Both the position numbers and the translations under genes were made by a program. A DNA stretch of 56,919 nt, filler included, from Dimargaris cristalligena (taxonomy: Eukaryota): the NCBI GenBank assembly GCA_003614675.1. It is 4 parts of 4 records of this genome, joined end to end, with 100 filler letters (N's around TTAATTAATTAA, not from the genome) between each part and the next. Parts side by side here need not be neighbours in the genome. Positions count along the whole stretch, not along the records: positions 14,317 to 28,481 come from ML002960.1; 3 more parts are not named here. One strand, 5' to 3'. Positions 14,365 through 24,120 of the stretch are shown here, one piece after another. Each line of letters opens with the position of its first letter. Position 1 is the first letter of the stretch. Below the pieces are notes generated by a model. That model had not been told where the DNA came from, searched no databases, and saw only the letters and a program-made list of their open reading frames with translations.

Positions 14365-15783
14365 GGCAAGGTATACGAGTTTAATGAAGCGGACCAGAGT
14401 TGCGGTCTGGCCACTATAGACCACTGGCTCGACGTGGTGGGTCACGGACGTGCCAATGTATCCCCCGACAAAATCCCGTGGGATGCCATCAAGACCCTGC
14501 TTACCCAGTCTGTGTACGGTGGTCGAATTGATAACGACTTTGATAAACAGCTTCTCGAATCCTTTGTCGAGTCACTCTTCAAGGCCCAGAGTTTCGACCT
14601 GGACTTCGCCCTAGTCCAGGACTCCGACTCGGCTGACGTGGCGATCCCCGAAGGCACCAAACCCGAGCATTTCCTGGCCTGGGTTCAGCAATTACCGGAA
14701 CGGGAGCCCCCCACTTGGTTGGGTCTACCTAGTAACGCCGAGAAACTGCTGCTGATCGCTAAGGGCCATAGTCTGATGGGTAAGGTACGTAGGATGAAGA
14801 GTCTCACCGACGACGAAGAGGCGGTGTATACCCCCGGAGAGTCTGATGGAGGTGCTTCCGTCGACCCGAGTGCCGCTACGGCGTCCACCGATTCCGCGGG
14901 CGCCGCGACTCAGCCGGCCTGGATGCGTACGATTGCTAGCCTCACTGCCACCTGGCTTGATGTACTACCCGCGTCCGTTACCACCATGGTTAAGGACGTG
15001 GAACGGATGAAGAGTCCCCTGTTCCGGGTGTTTGCCCGTGAAAACCAAGTGGGCCGTTCGCTGCTCAATACCGTACGCCGCGACATGCAGGACCTGGTCC
15101 AGGTCTGTGCTGGAACCCTGAAACAAACCAACCACCTGCGATCCCTGTTGGACGACTTCAACAAGGGCACGATCCCGACCCATTGGCAGCGCTACAAGGT
15201 CCCGCAGACGTTCACCATGACCCAGTGGTTGGGCGACTTCCAGCAACGACTGACCCAGCTGGGCACCATTGCCCAGTGTGTCACGGCAGGCGGTGAACTC
15301 GACCGCCTGGCCATATGGTTCGGTGGTTTGTTCTACCCAGAGGCGTTTATTACCGCCACCCGCCAGGCTGTAGCCCAACGCATGGGCTGGTCCTTGGAAC
15401 AGCTCCAAATGGTACTCGAACTGGGCCAGGGCTCGGTGCCGGGCAATGATATGGATGTGGACGGAGGCGCACCGGCCGAAGCAGACCTGGCGGCCTTCCG
15501 GGTCACTGGCCTGCGTATCGAAGGTGGTCATTTGGCCAAGGGCGGTAATTTAGAGCTCAGCCCCTCTGCCTCCAAACTACCCGTATCCCAAATTCGCTGG
15601 CTCAACAAATCTGACCCGGCTACCGCTGCTTTGGTCGATCCTAACCAACCAGGACGTGCTACCCTCCCTGTGTATCTCAATGCCGACCGACGTGAGCTAC
15701 TCTTCTCTATTCCCGTACAGGTGCATGCCCAGGATACATTGAAAATGTCCCAGCGGGCTGTTGCTGTGGTGGCGGGCGTGTAA
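14365..15783 (+). CDS. DYN1: Cytoplasmic dynein heavy chain, C-terminal part (AAA6 lid + C-terminal domain), 5'-truncated by the contig edge
   Basis: KVYEFNEAD..IDHWLD..GRANVSPDKIPWDAIKTLLTQSVYGGRIDNDFD, PTWLGLPSNAEKLLL, SPLFRVFARE, WFGGLFYPEAFITATRQAVAQ and LPVYLNADR match the DYNC1H1/NudA C-terminus. Confidence 0.95.
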   Translation, partial: GKVYEFNEADQSCGLATIDHWLDVVGHGRANVSPDKIPWDAIKTLLTQSVYGGRIDNDFDKQLLESFVESLFKAQSFDLDFALVQDSDSADVAIPEGTKPEHFLAWVQQLPEREPPTWLGLPSNAEKLLLIAKGHSLMGKVRRMKSLTDDEEAVYTPGESDGGASVDPSAATASTDSAGAATQPAWMRTIASLTATWLDVLPASVTTMVKDVERMKSPLFRVFARENQVGRSLLNTVRRDMQDLVQVCAGTLKQTNHLRSLLDDFNKGTIPTHWQRYKVPQTFTMTQWLGDFQQRLTQLGTIAQCVTAGGELDRLAIWFGGLFYPEAFITATRQAVAQRMGWSLEQLQMVLELGQGSVPGNDMDVDGGAPAEADLAAFRVTGLRIEGGHLAKGGNLELSPSASKLPVSQIRWLNKSDPATAALVDPNQPGRATLPVYLNADRRELLFSIPVQVHAQDTLKMSQRAVAVVAGV

Positions 15784-16447
15784 TGCGCCAGGGTCGTGGC
15801 AAGACCAACCCTTAATTATTTTTTATTACCCAGTACCATTCTCTCCATTTATATCCCCCCCCATTTTCTCCACCCGATTCTCCGGGTAAGGCCTTTAGGA
15901 TAACTAGGGGTATCAAGCCCGATCCTTTAGTGTTTTTATCCAATTACAATTACAAATATTACTATTGATATCCTATTATATATATAGCAATCCCCTTCAT
16001 ACCATCAGAATAAACATAATCTTCTGAAACATACTAAAGTAGTTACGTGATACTGACTACGGTTCGCCCACCCAGGTGAAAGCCCGTCAATATTAATTAC
16101 GCCAATATAGCCTCCAACTCAGCCCACATAACCTATCTCTAATAAATTGTTGCCTAGCCTCCAATAGATGAAAAGATGATGTATTGTAAAACTTTGGGTG
16201 GAATGTCCTTGATCCAAAGGAAGCGGAGATAGTCCACCAGTATCGCTAATAGTAAAATATCCAATAAAGACCCTCTTCTTTGGCATTAACAGTGGTTGAC
16301 AGCACGATAGAAATCAGCTGGTTGGAGTGGTATGAGGGGGGTTTTGTTTTTTTCATTGATAGAAAATTAAAAACCATATATGAAATGAAGAAAAAATATA
16401 TAGATAAGGCACAAGGCAACCGATCAAAAGACCGAGTTAGACCTAAT

Positions 16448-18037
16448 TTAGGCAAACAGACGCTTCTCGTATTGGAACAACGAGTGAACGCCTCCCTCCA
16501 ACTGGGCAGCGGGACTGCGCTTTTCGAAGCGCACGGAACCCTGGTTGACGCCTTCGTGCAGTTTCTGAACGGACAGGACACCCATATCCTGGAGCGAGTG
16601 CTGGAGACCCAGGTGCAGGTAGGGCAGGAACTTGCGGATGGAGCCCTTATCGAGGACGGCGCCGGTGACGCCCTGGGCGACCTTGATGGTATCGGATTCG
16701 GAGTAGTAGCGGGCCTTGGAGCCGGAATCCCCGGCCTTGGTGTTCTGTTCCATGGCGTCGATGGAGCCCATGCCGCGGTACTTCTTGAGGCGCTTGCCTT
16801 CGTGGTAGAAGTAGGCCCCGGGGGATTCGGTGGTTCCGGCGAGAAGACTGCCCATCATGACGGCGCTAGCGCCGAGGGAAAGGGCCTTGGCGATGTGACC
16901 CACGTTGGAGATACCCCCGTCAGCAATAACGGGTACGCCGAAACGGGCGGCGAATTCGGCTACTTGGTAGACGGCGGTACCCTGGGGGCGGCCGACGGCC
17001 ATGACCTCCTGGGTGATGCAGATACTACCGCTACCCATACCGACCCGCACACCGTCAGCTCCGGCCTCGATCAGCGAGGCGGCCTGTTCACGGGTCACCA
17101 CATTACCGGCGATGACCTGCAGACGGTCGTCAGGGTAGGTGGCCTTAATGAACCGGATCATCTCCAGTTGGAAGACGGAGTCGCCCTGGGAGGAGTCCAG
17201 AATGACCACGTCGAGGCCGGCCTGGACCAGTTTGGCCAGACGGTCCTTGTCGTCGGGGCGGGTACCGACGGCGGCGGCGCACAGCAGTTGCTTGGAGACC
17301 ACGGACTTGGAGGCCAACGGGTAAGACTGGTTCTTGAGCAAATCGGAGCGGGCGAGTAGGGAGACCAAGTTACCCTGGGCATCCACGATGGGTAGCTTGC
17401 CCTTCTTGCTGGCGCGCAGAATCTGGTTGGCCTCTTCGAGGGTCACGCCGGCCTTGGCGGTGACCAGGTCAGTGGTCATGACCTGCTCCAGAGGCAGAGA
17501 GTCGTCCTCGAGGAACTGGATGTCCCGAGCGGTGACAATACCCAGGAGTCGTCCGTGCAATTTCCCGGTATCGGTGATGGGGATACCGCAAAAGCCGAAT
17601 TCGGCCTTGATGTCCTTGACGTCAGCCACACGGTGTTGAGGGGTCAGCACCACGGGTTCGGGGATAAAGCCGTTTTCGAACATCTTCACCTTGCGCACCA
17701 TTTCGGCCTGTTCCTCGGCCGTGCAGTTGTTGTGCACCACGCCGATACCACCCAACAGAGCCATGGCGATGGCCATGTCGGACTCGGTGACGGTGTCCAT
17801 GGGACTGGACATGAAGGGGGTCTTGAGAGTGATGCGCTTGGTAATGGGAGTGTCCAGCTGGACCTGGCCGGCCGGGAAACTAATGTGGCCGGGCAGGATC
17901 AAAAAGTCGCTGTAGGTGAGACCCCCGAACTGGGCGGTTTGCATGAGTTCCGCGGCCGACACACCATCCAGGCGGTCGTACTTGCTAAGTTCGGCCTTGG
18001 CGGTGGTGAAGTCGAGGACGGGCGGACAGTTGGCCAT
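16448..18037 (-). CDS. IMPDH: Inosine-5'-monophosphate dehydrogenase (intronless, with CBS pair)
   Basis: 529-aa ORF with [27 protein letters not shown], catalytic [23 protein letters not shown] and VAQGV. Confidence 0.97.
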   Translation of the reverse strand: MANCPPVLDFTTAKAELSKYDRLDGVSAAELMQTAQFGGLTYSDFLILPGHISFPAGQVQLDTPITKRITLKTPFMSSPMDTVTESDMAIAMALLGGIGVVHNNCTAEEQAEMVRKVKMFENGFIPEPVVLTPQHRVADVKDIKAEFGFCGIPITDTGKLHGRLLGIVTARDIQFLEDDSLPLEQVMTTDLVTAKAGVTLEEANQILRASKKGKLPIVDAQGNLVSLLARSDLLKNQSYPLASKSVVSKQLLCAAAVGTRPDDKDRLAKLVQAGLDVVILDSSQGDSVFQLEMIRFIKATYPDDRLQVIAGNVVTREQAASLIEAGADGVRVGMGSGSICITQEVMAVGRPQGTAVYQVAEFAARFGVPVIADGGISNVGHIAKALSLGASAVMMGSLLAGTTESPGAYFYHEGKRLKKYRGMGSIDAMEQNTKAGDSGSKARYYSESDTIKVAQGVTGAVLDKGSIRKFLPYLHLGLQHSLQDMGVLSVQKLHEGVNQGSVRFEKRSPAAQLEGGVHSLFQYEKRLFA

Positions 18038-20734
18038 GGTGGTTTGTTTGTTTAAAGTGGTGGCGGGGTGAAGAGGAGGAGGGGCTTACACACTTGGGTG
18101 GGGAGGGTACTTACTAATCGATAGAAAAAGATCCAACCAGAATAACAAGCGCCAGTCACTCTGGCCAGGGTAATATAGTCGGCGGGGGGTGGTGGTACTC
18201 GCCCACGGGCCTTGTGTGTGTGGCTCTATAGGAGATTTTTTTTCCCTAGCCCCATTATTATACCACCACAGTATTAAGCACGGCCAATAGGCATATATAT
18301 CCCCCTGAATAACTCCATACTAAAGCCTGGGGGAGGACAGTGCTGCTCCTCTCTCCTCCACCTTACGCCCGCTCTCTAAGACTGCGAAAAAAATAGAAGA
18401 AAAAACCGCCCCTGTCGTATAATATTTATTTCCCATTAGCCAGTCACACCCATTCATTCCCCAAGTGGCCTATTTATACGGCATTAGCCAAAAATATTAA
18501 AGCCCCCCCTTTCACCCTATATACGTCACGTGCAATACTTGACTTGACTACTAGTTAGTTGACTTGGCCCTTCTCTTCCCTAGAACCAATGACTCCTGAT
18601 TGTAGTGGGGACGGTAATGAGTAGTCTCAGCGACCGTTACCTATATCATATCCATCGCCAATAGCTTAGTGATCACTTTCCCAGCTATTCAATCCACATA
18701 CTTAAAAGGTGCAAATTGAATCATGCGATCCGTAAGCAACTCGAAATACCACTAAAACCAAGGAATGAAGGAGAGGGGAGGGAAGGGGGCAATCTTGACC
18801 TGCCGAAATGGCCCTCAAAATACAATTGAATACACACACATATATATATATTACATATGCCCGTCGCAGTCCCTACAACCAGCTCTCCTACTGTGATATA
18901 TAATATAAAGCACCATTTCCCCATACTGTAAACTACCTTTCGCATTGCATAATCTCTATACATCTACCTGTTTACTGCTCATTTTATTATACATGCACTC
19001 TAATGAGATTTAGCCCGACCTCAACGAACCATTAATTTGATATCATCACCATGCAGGCTGCCAGTCATCTTGGCGTACTTTGGGCCATGCCTGTGGCTAG
19101 TATTTTCTTGTTTTCGACTGCTTTAGCACTGTCACGCGAGGCCCACCAACTGGCCGATGGTGCAGGACAATGCCTACAGGCTGCCGAGAATATCCCCCTA
19201 TCCATATATTTCGTTCGTCGTCACCAAGATTTCAGATATAAAATGTGATATGAATAAGGGCTTTCCACGAATGAATAGGCCTAGTATGGGATGTTGCCTC
19301 CTTTAAATTTGCGGCTTCGGAGGTGTAAAGTCCTGTTTGAAGCCAAATGAACTGGCCTTTGTATAACCCATTAAATTGCATGACAGTCCCTGCTCTATAG
19401 GTCTATTGTGTACCTACAATCAAAACCATCCTATTAAACCCCACTTTACATTTACTATCGAGGTCCACTCAGATACTCGACCCTCGTTATATAATTACTT
19501 CAGACCCGACTTCAAACGTCACTATTATTAGAAACATCGTACCATGGCTGTTATCTTTAGCGCTTTTTTTGGCTCACTATAGTTTATATCTCTACCAAAA
19601 TATCCCAAAATGATGACATTATATATGATAGGAGCACCCTGGGGTGACTTCATCTAATCACATGGCAACATTCACCAAGATCTGTGTTATGGATAATGCC
19701 AGATAAATATATCAATAAAACAGCTGACATCGATTGTATGACTGTAGCCCAGCCAATACCGATGAATATTCCTCTAAATGTATAATGTGCTTGTTGGGAA
19801 AATAGTACTACGCCACATGCTCTCACTTAGGAGGCCGAAGTATTAGGGTAGAATAAAATATTTGTTTATGAGTATAGAAATTGAATACGTCTTGGAAACA
19901 ACTGCACATAGCTGCCTTGGAATATGTAATATAGCACGGGTATAGTACATAGATTATCAGGTAACGTGAGCCTCTAGAACAACTACATTCGAAAGCCTGC
20001 CATACATCACCATGAGGGCTTATCGCCAAGCAGCACTCCTACTAACATAACTGTACCAAATACCTCGATTCCTAGATTTACCTGCGGCGTTCTAGCTAGG
20101 CTTCTATAAATATTTGCCATGGTACCTGTTCATTATACATGGTCATACTACTTTTTTAAGCAATTTTCTATGTTTTAAATATGTGCAGGTACCTTGAGTA
20201 CTTTCCCCCATCTTAACTGCTAAAAAAAACTCTGGTTCTGGGTGTATTCGCCTGGTTTCTTCCTCTGCCATATGAGAATCTCCCATATCTTCATCTTCAA
20301 GTATAATAATAGAACCGTCCCCTATACAAAGGCATGGTGACTCTGACGCCCTCTATTACTAATACCATTTAGGAGTGAACCGGACAAAAATAATGGTACA
20401 TTATATCATCATTCCTGTCTACAATTCATCATGTATGGCGTGCCTATGTATACTGAACTACCCATACGAAAAGGCCAATGGAAATCGACTTCACCCCCTT
20501 CACGCCTCTTTTTCCCCGCCATATTCTTGTAATAAAATCAACTAATTTTGTTAAGTATATCAGATATTCTTATATGCCTTGGTAGACTTAAAGCTATTAA
20601 ACATTTGATATGCCTCTTCCCAAATATGCCTATTATTCCACATTCAAAATGTACGGTGGCCCAACTATGGTGCTCGGTTCTGGCATATTACTGCAAATTC
20701 CTTCAAGTTTCCCTTGGGAACAACTCGTCAGTCA

Positions 20735-20878
20735 ATATGGGTGAAATTCAAACCAGCTGTATAAAGTTTTACATGGTTTGTGTATGGGAGAGTATGTGGG
20801 AGTAACCATTTTAACCAGTAATTTTGCCCCCATCTAATGGATTTTTCGTTATACAGCCTGTATGAACTTCTCTCGTAT
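20735..20878 (+). repeat. Dispersed ~140-bp inverted-repeat (MITE-like) element, copy A
   Basis: ATATGGGTGAAATTCAAACCAGCTGTATAA...AACCAGTA...ATGGATTTTTCGTTATACAGCCTGTATGAACTTCTC; shared with copies B-D. Confidence 0.85.
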
Positions 20879-22413
20879 TCAGCAATGGTCAAGGAAATCA
20901 AACTGTCTATTCCATAACAGTATATCATTTCTAGTATATCAAGAGCAGTGGAAATGTGAATATATGGATTTTACGGATGCTATTAAAGTGTTGCTTCATA
21001 CAGTTTAGTTTCAGCTGCTTATTAAACGTCCTTTTAAAATGAACCAGCAACCCCAAATTGCCAGCACAATAAGTCTTGCTGGGGGGGGCATGTTGGTGGT
21101 GATATTCGCCTTGCCCCTTTAGCCATTAGATTCGACTCTTCTGTTGGCAAGAATCCCGCCAAATATTCTGATTTACGGGGGGGAGGGGTATTTGTGATCA
21201 TGCCTCTCGAAGTAGCCTGTGGTGGAAGTTATCCAATAAAAAACTGGCAAGTAATCTGCATAATGCGCGAGTAATATGGGGAGAGATTCGCCAAGAAAAC
21301 AGAAGAGCTCTTTTTGTTAGTTTTATGGGTATAGCCTGACCAATCGGGGTTGGGGAGCGGGGGGCAAAGGATGAAGGATAAAGGCGGGGTAGTATGCGTT
21401 GGTGGTGGTGGAAGGATACCTTCGTTGAGATGCTTTACCAACCAGCCCACTCCCCGAATTACTTGGTGAATAATAGGAGGTAGTCCATCACTTCCCGCTA
21501 CTCCTTGGTTCTCCTCCTCTCCCCCAGAATCCTCTACCGCTGCCAGTTTGCCCGTGACCGGCCAACCTTTGCGGCTCTGGGTGGGCCGGTTTAGACGGGT
21601 GTGTGACATTGTCTAGGGGCATTCCAGTTCCGCTTTCGGATAGTATACTGACCTATTAGTCAGCCAAAGGCTGGGATACAATCTGGACTGTATCAGAACA
21701 TCGATTTGGCAGCCGTTAAACAGTGGCAGCAGCCATTTGCACCGCAGTCGTTACTTGGGGTATACCTTAGGACCGGCAGCCCAAGATGGATTGCCAAAGT
21801 CCGAATGCACCTTCTTCCTACCGACAATTACACAGTACTCTAAGTTGCCGTCGATGCGACTGTGGCATGTGTAAAATGTCGCGGCCATGTCATTTTTCAT
21901 GGGCCGCCAATGAACCCACCTGATACTTGCCAATATAGGAGAACGTAGCCACTGGATACTGTGGTAGACCTGGTTCCAATCAATGGGATTATCGACGCAA
22001 ATTAAACTTAGCATAGAATCCGGAAACGCTAATCCCAGAGACCACTGATATAAGGGTTGGTGTATACTGCGATTATTTTCGTCGGTGCTGGGACAGAAGC
22101 TGTTAGTCAGTATGAAAGGGCACAGTTACTGTGGACCGTTCTTTCCCGCAACCCTCACCAATGTACCCCCCCTGGCCCTGGCTTACGCTATTTTTAACGT
22201 GGCAGGCTCCAATAGGCGCTTCAGGCCCTTCGGTTGGACTGCGGAGGATCAGCCACGAGCTGGCTTGGCTTATGCAATCTACTTAAAAAAAGAGAGATGG
22301 GTTCTATTTTTTCCGTTTCTTGGAATAGCGGGGCGACGTAAATCGCGTTCTGGTCAATAGGAGCCAGGCGACCCAAGGATGCGTTATTTTACAATACGCT
22401 AACTAAGTGGAAG

Positions 22414-22557
22414 AAATGAGTGAAGTTCAGCTTGGTTGTATAAGGGTTTAACCAATATGTGTATGGGAAAATCGGTGGGATGTTTATTTTCAACCAGTAG
22501 TATTTGCCTTATCCAATGGATTTTTCGTTATACAACCTTGTTGAACTACTCCCAAAT
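22414..22557 (+). repeat. MITE-like element, copy B
   Basis: ATGAGTGAAGTTCAGCTTGGTTGTATAA...AACCAGTA...ATCCAATGGATTTTTCGTTATACAACCTTGTTGAACTACTCCCA. Confidence 0.8.
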
Positions 22558-24120
22558 CGTTCGAACGGGGAGGGACGCCGGGCGGAAGAGACGAAGGGAG
22601 ACGGGGTAATCCCCTGGAGCGAACGCCAAGATTTTAACACTGACGAATCCGGCTAAGGCGGAGCTTAACCCTAATGAAAGGTAGATTCGGCCTATGGGAT
22701 TGCCTCGCTTGGCTCCTTCACTCTTTTATCTGCTGGACTTGGTAAAGGGGTGCGCTTGGGAGCCTTGTTGATCTGATTTAATATGGGTTATCAGGTCGTT
22801 TGTATCGGCATTTTCGCATTCTGTAGTTTAGTGTGGGCCGGGAGTGCCTCTCTGTCGGAGGGTGGGGTAGTTCGCGGGCTGCGGACACGTCACCCAGGAC
22901 CAACGCGGTGTTCGCTGAATATAATCCCACTAGGGTACGTGTACTCAAAGCGCGGGGCATGGCTGGACGAGTTACCGACAGGAATTAATTGCTTTGGACC
23001 CTGCGACATATTCAATAGGAATAATAGGCACGCCTCCCTCTCTCTATTTCTCTTGGACGTACGAATCTGCCGCCGCTGGCTTCCCTATCGTCACGTAACC
23101 CAGAGAGCCCTAGCCACACATTCATTCGTGTCGGGCATCGAAGGCTATGATTGGATGGATGGCCGTCGATTATGGGAAGAGTCCCGTTGGTTGCGGCTTC
23201 CCCTATTTTCCACCTATGACAAGTGTATTAATCAGCCCATAAAGAACCCCCTATTGTGCAAGTGCGATATGGTCAGGTTACCAGCCCGCCATCTACATTC
23301 GTTTGCCTTACATTACGTGTTTTCTAGAATCTACGGATAAAGAAGGAGGGCCAGAGAGATAAGATATTAATACTATGGTACAATATACGTAATGTATACA
23401 ACAACCTCCTCTCCTCTGATGCTACAGTGCTTTTTATTCCTAGCAAAACTAGGCATGGATGAATGAAAATGGATCACCCCCCCACGTCTCGATTTTCATT
23501 TTAAAAGCCCTATAAAATTTCCGCTGCCCTACACTATTTATATCACAGGTCCCTGAATCCCGCCGCTGTTCGTTTCTTCCTCTTATAATCTTTTATTTAA
23601 ATTGGCTTATGTACACATACAATATATATATATTCATATTTAGAATAGTCACCGGTCGGTGCCTCGCGTGATTATTTTCCCCGCAACGTAGAAATATCCC
23701 TTGCCACTTAGTTCCCGGTAACTTACATGAATGTCTCCTCCTCCTCCTAAAAGAACCCTGATTAAATTGACGCCAAGAGTGACGTGGCGGCCCCCTCCCC
23801 TATCCCTCACCCATTGCATTTTTTCTATTTGACAGGTGCAAGGAAGGCCCGGCATTTCTTTAACCAACTTTTTAGAACCTTTTTAAACTATTGCCTCATT
23901 CTTCTGCCTGATTGCTCTCATTCCTTCTGCTTCTTTTGACTGTTCCATAACCTACGCCATAATCCCCCATTATTGCATTGCCACGTTTACGCTCGTTTAT
24001 CCCCCCATTTAGTTATTGAGGCACTTTCTTCATTTATTACCCTCTGTGAGTGTTACCAAATTAAGTGTTTTTTTTCGCATTATCTGTTTCACGCCCTCCC
24101 CACAACACACACATACCTTC

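Noticed and set aside
16448-18037. IMPDH as a mycophenolate self-resistance gene
   Set aside because: It has the canonical KYRGMGS motif and no biosynthetic genes nearby, so it looks like the housekeeping copy.
16280-18055. Long antisense ORFs over IMPDH (359 aa, 166 aa), and likewise over SEC61, SEC18, ATP4, MetH and dynein
   Set aside because: Shadow ORFs produced by high third-position GC in the real genes; no domain motifs.
22630-22702. Possible hammerhead ribozyme (CTGACGA...GAAA...CTA)
   Set aside because: Stems I and II give only about 2 bp each, so the core cannot be closed.
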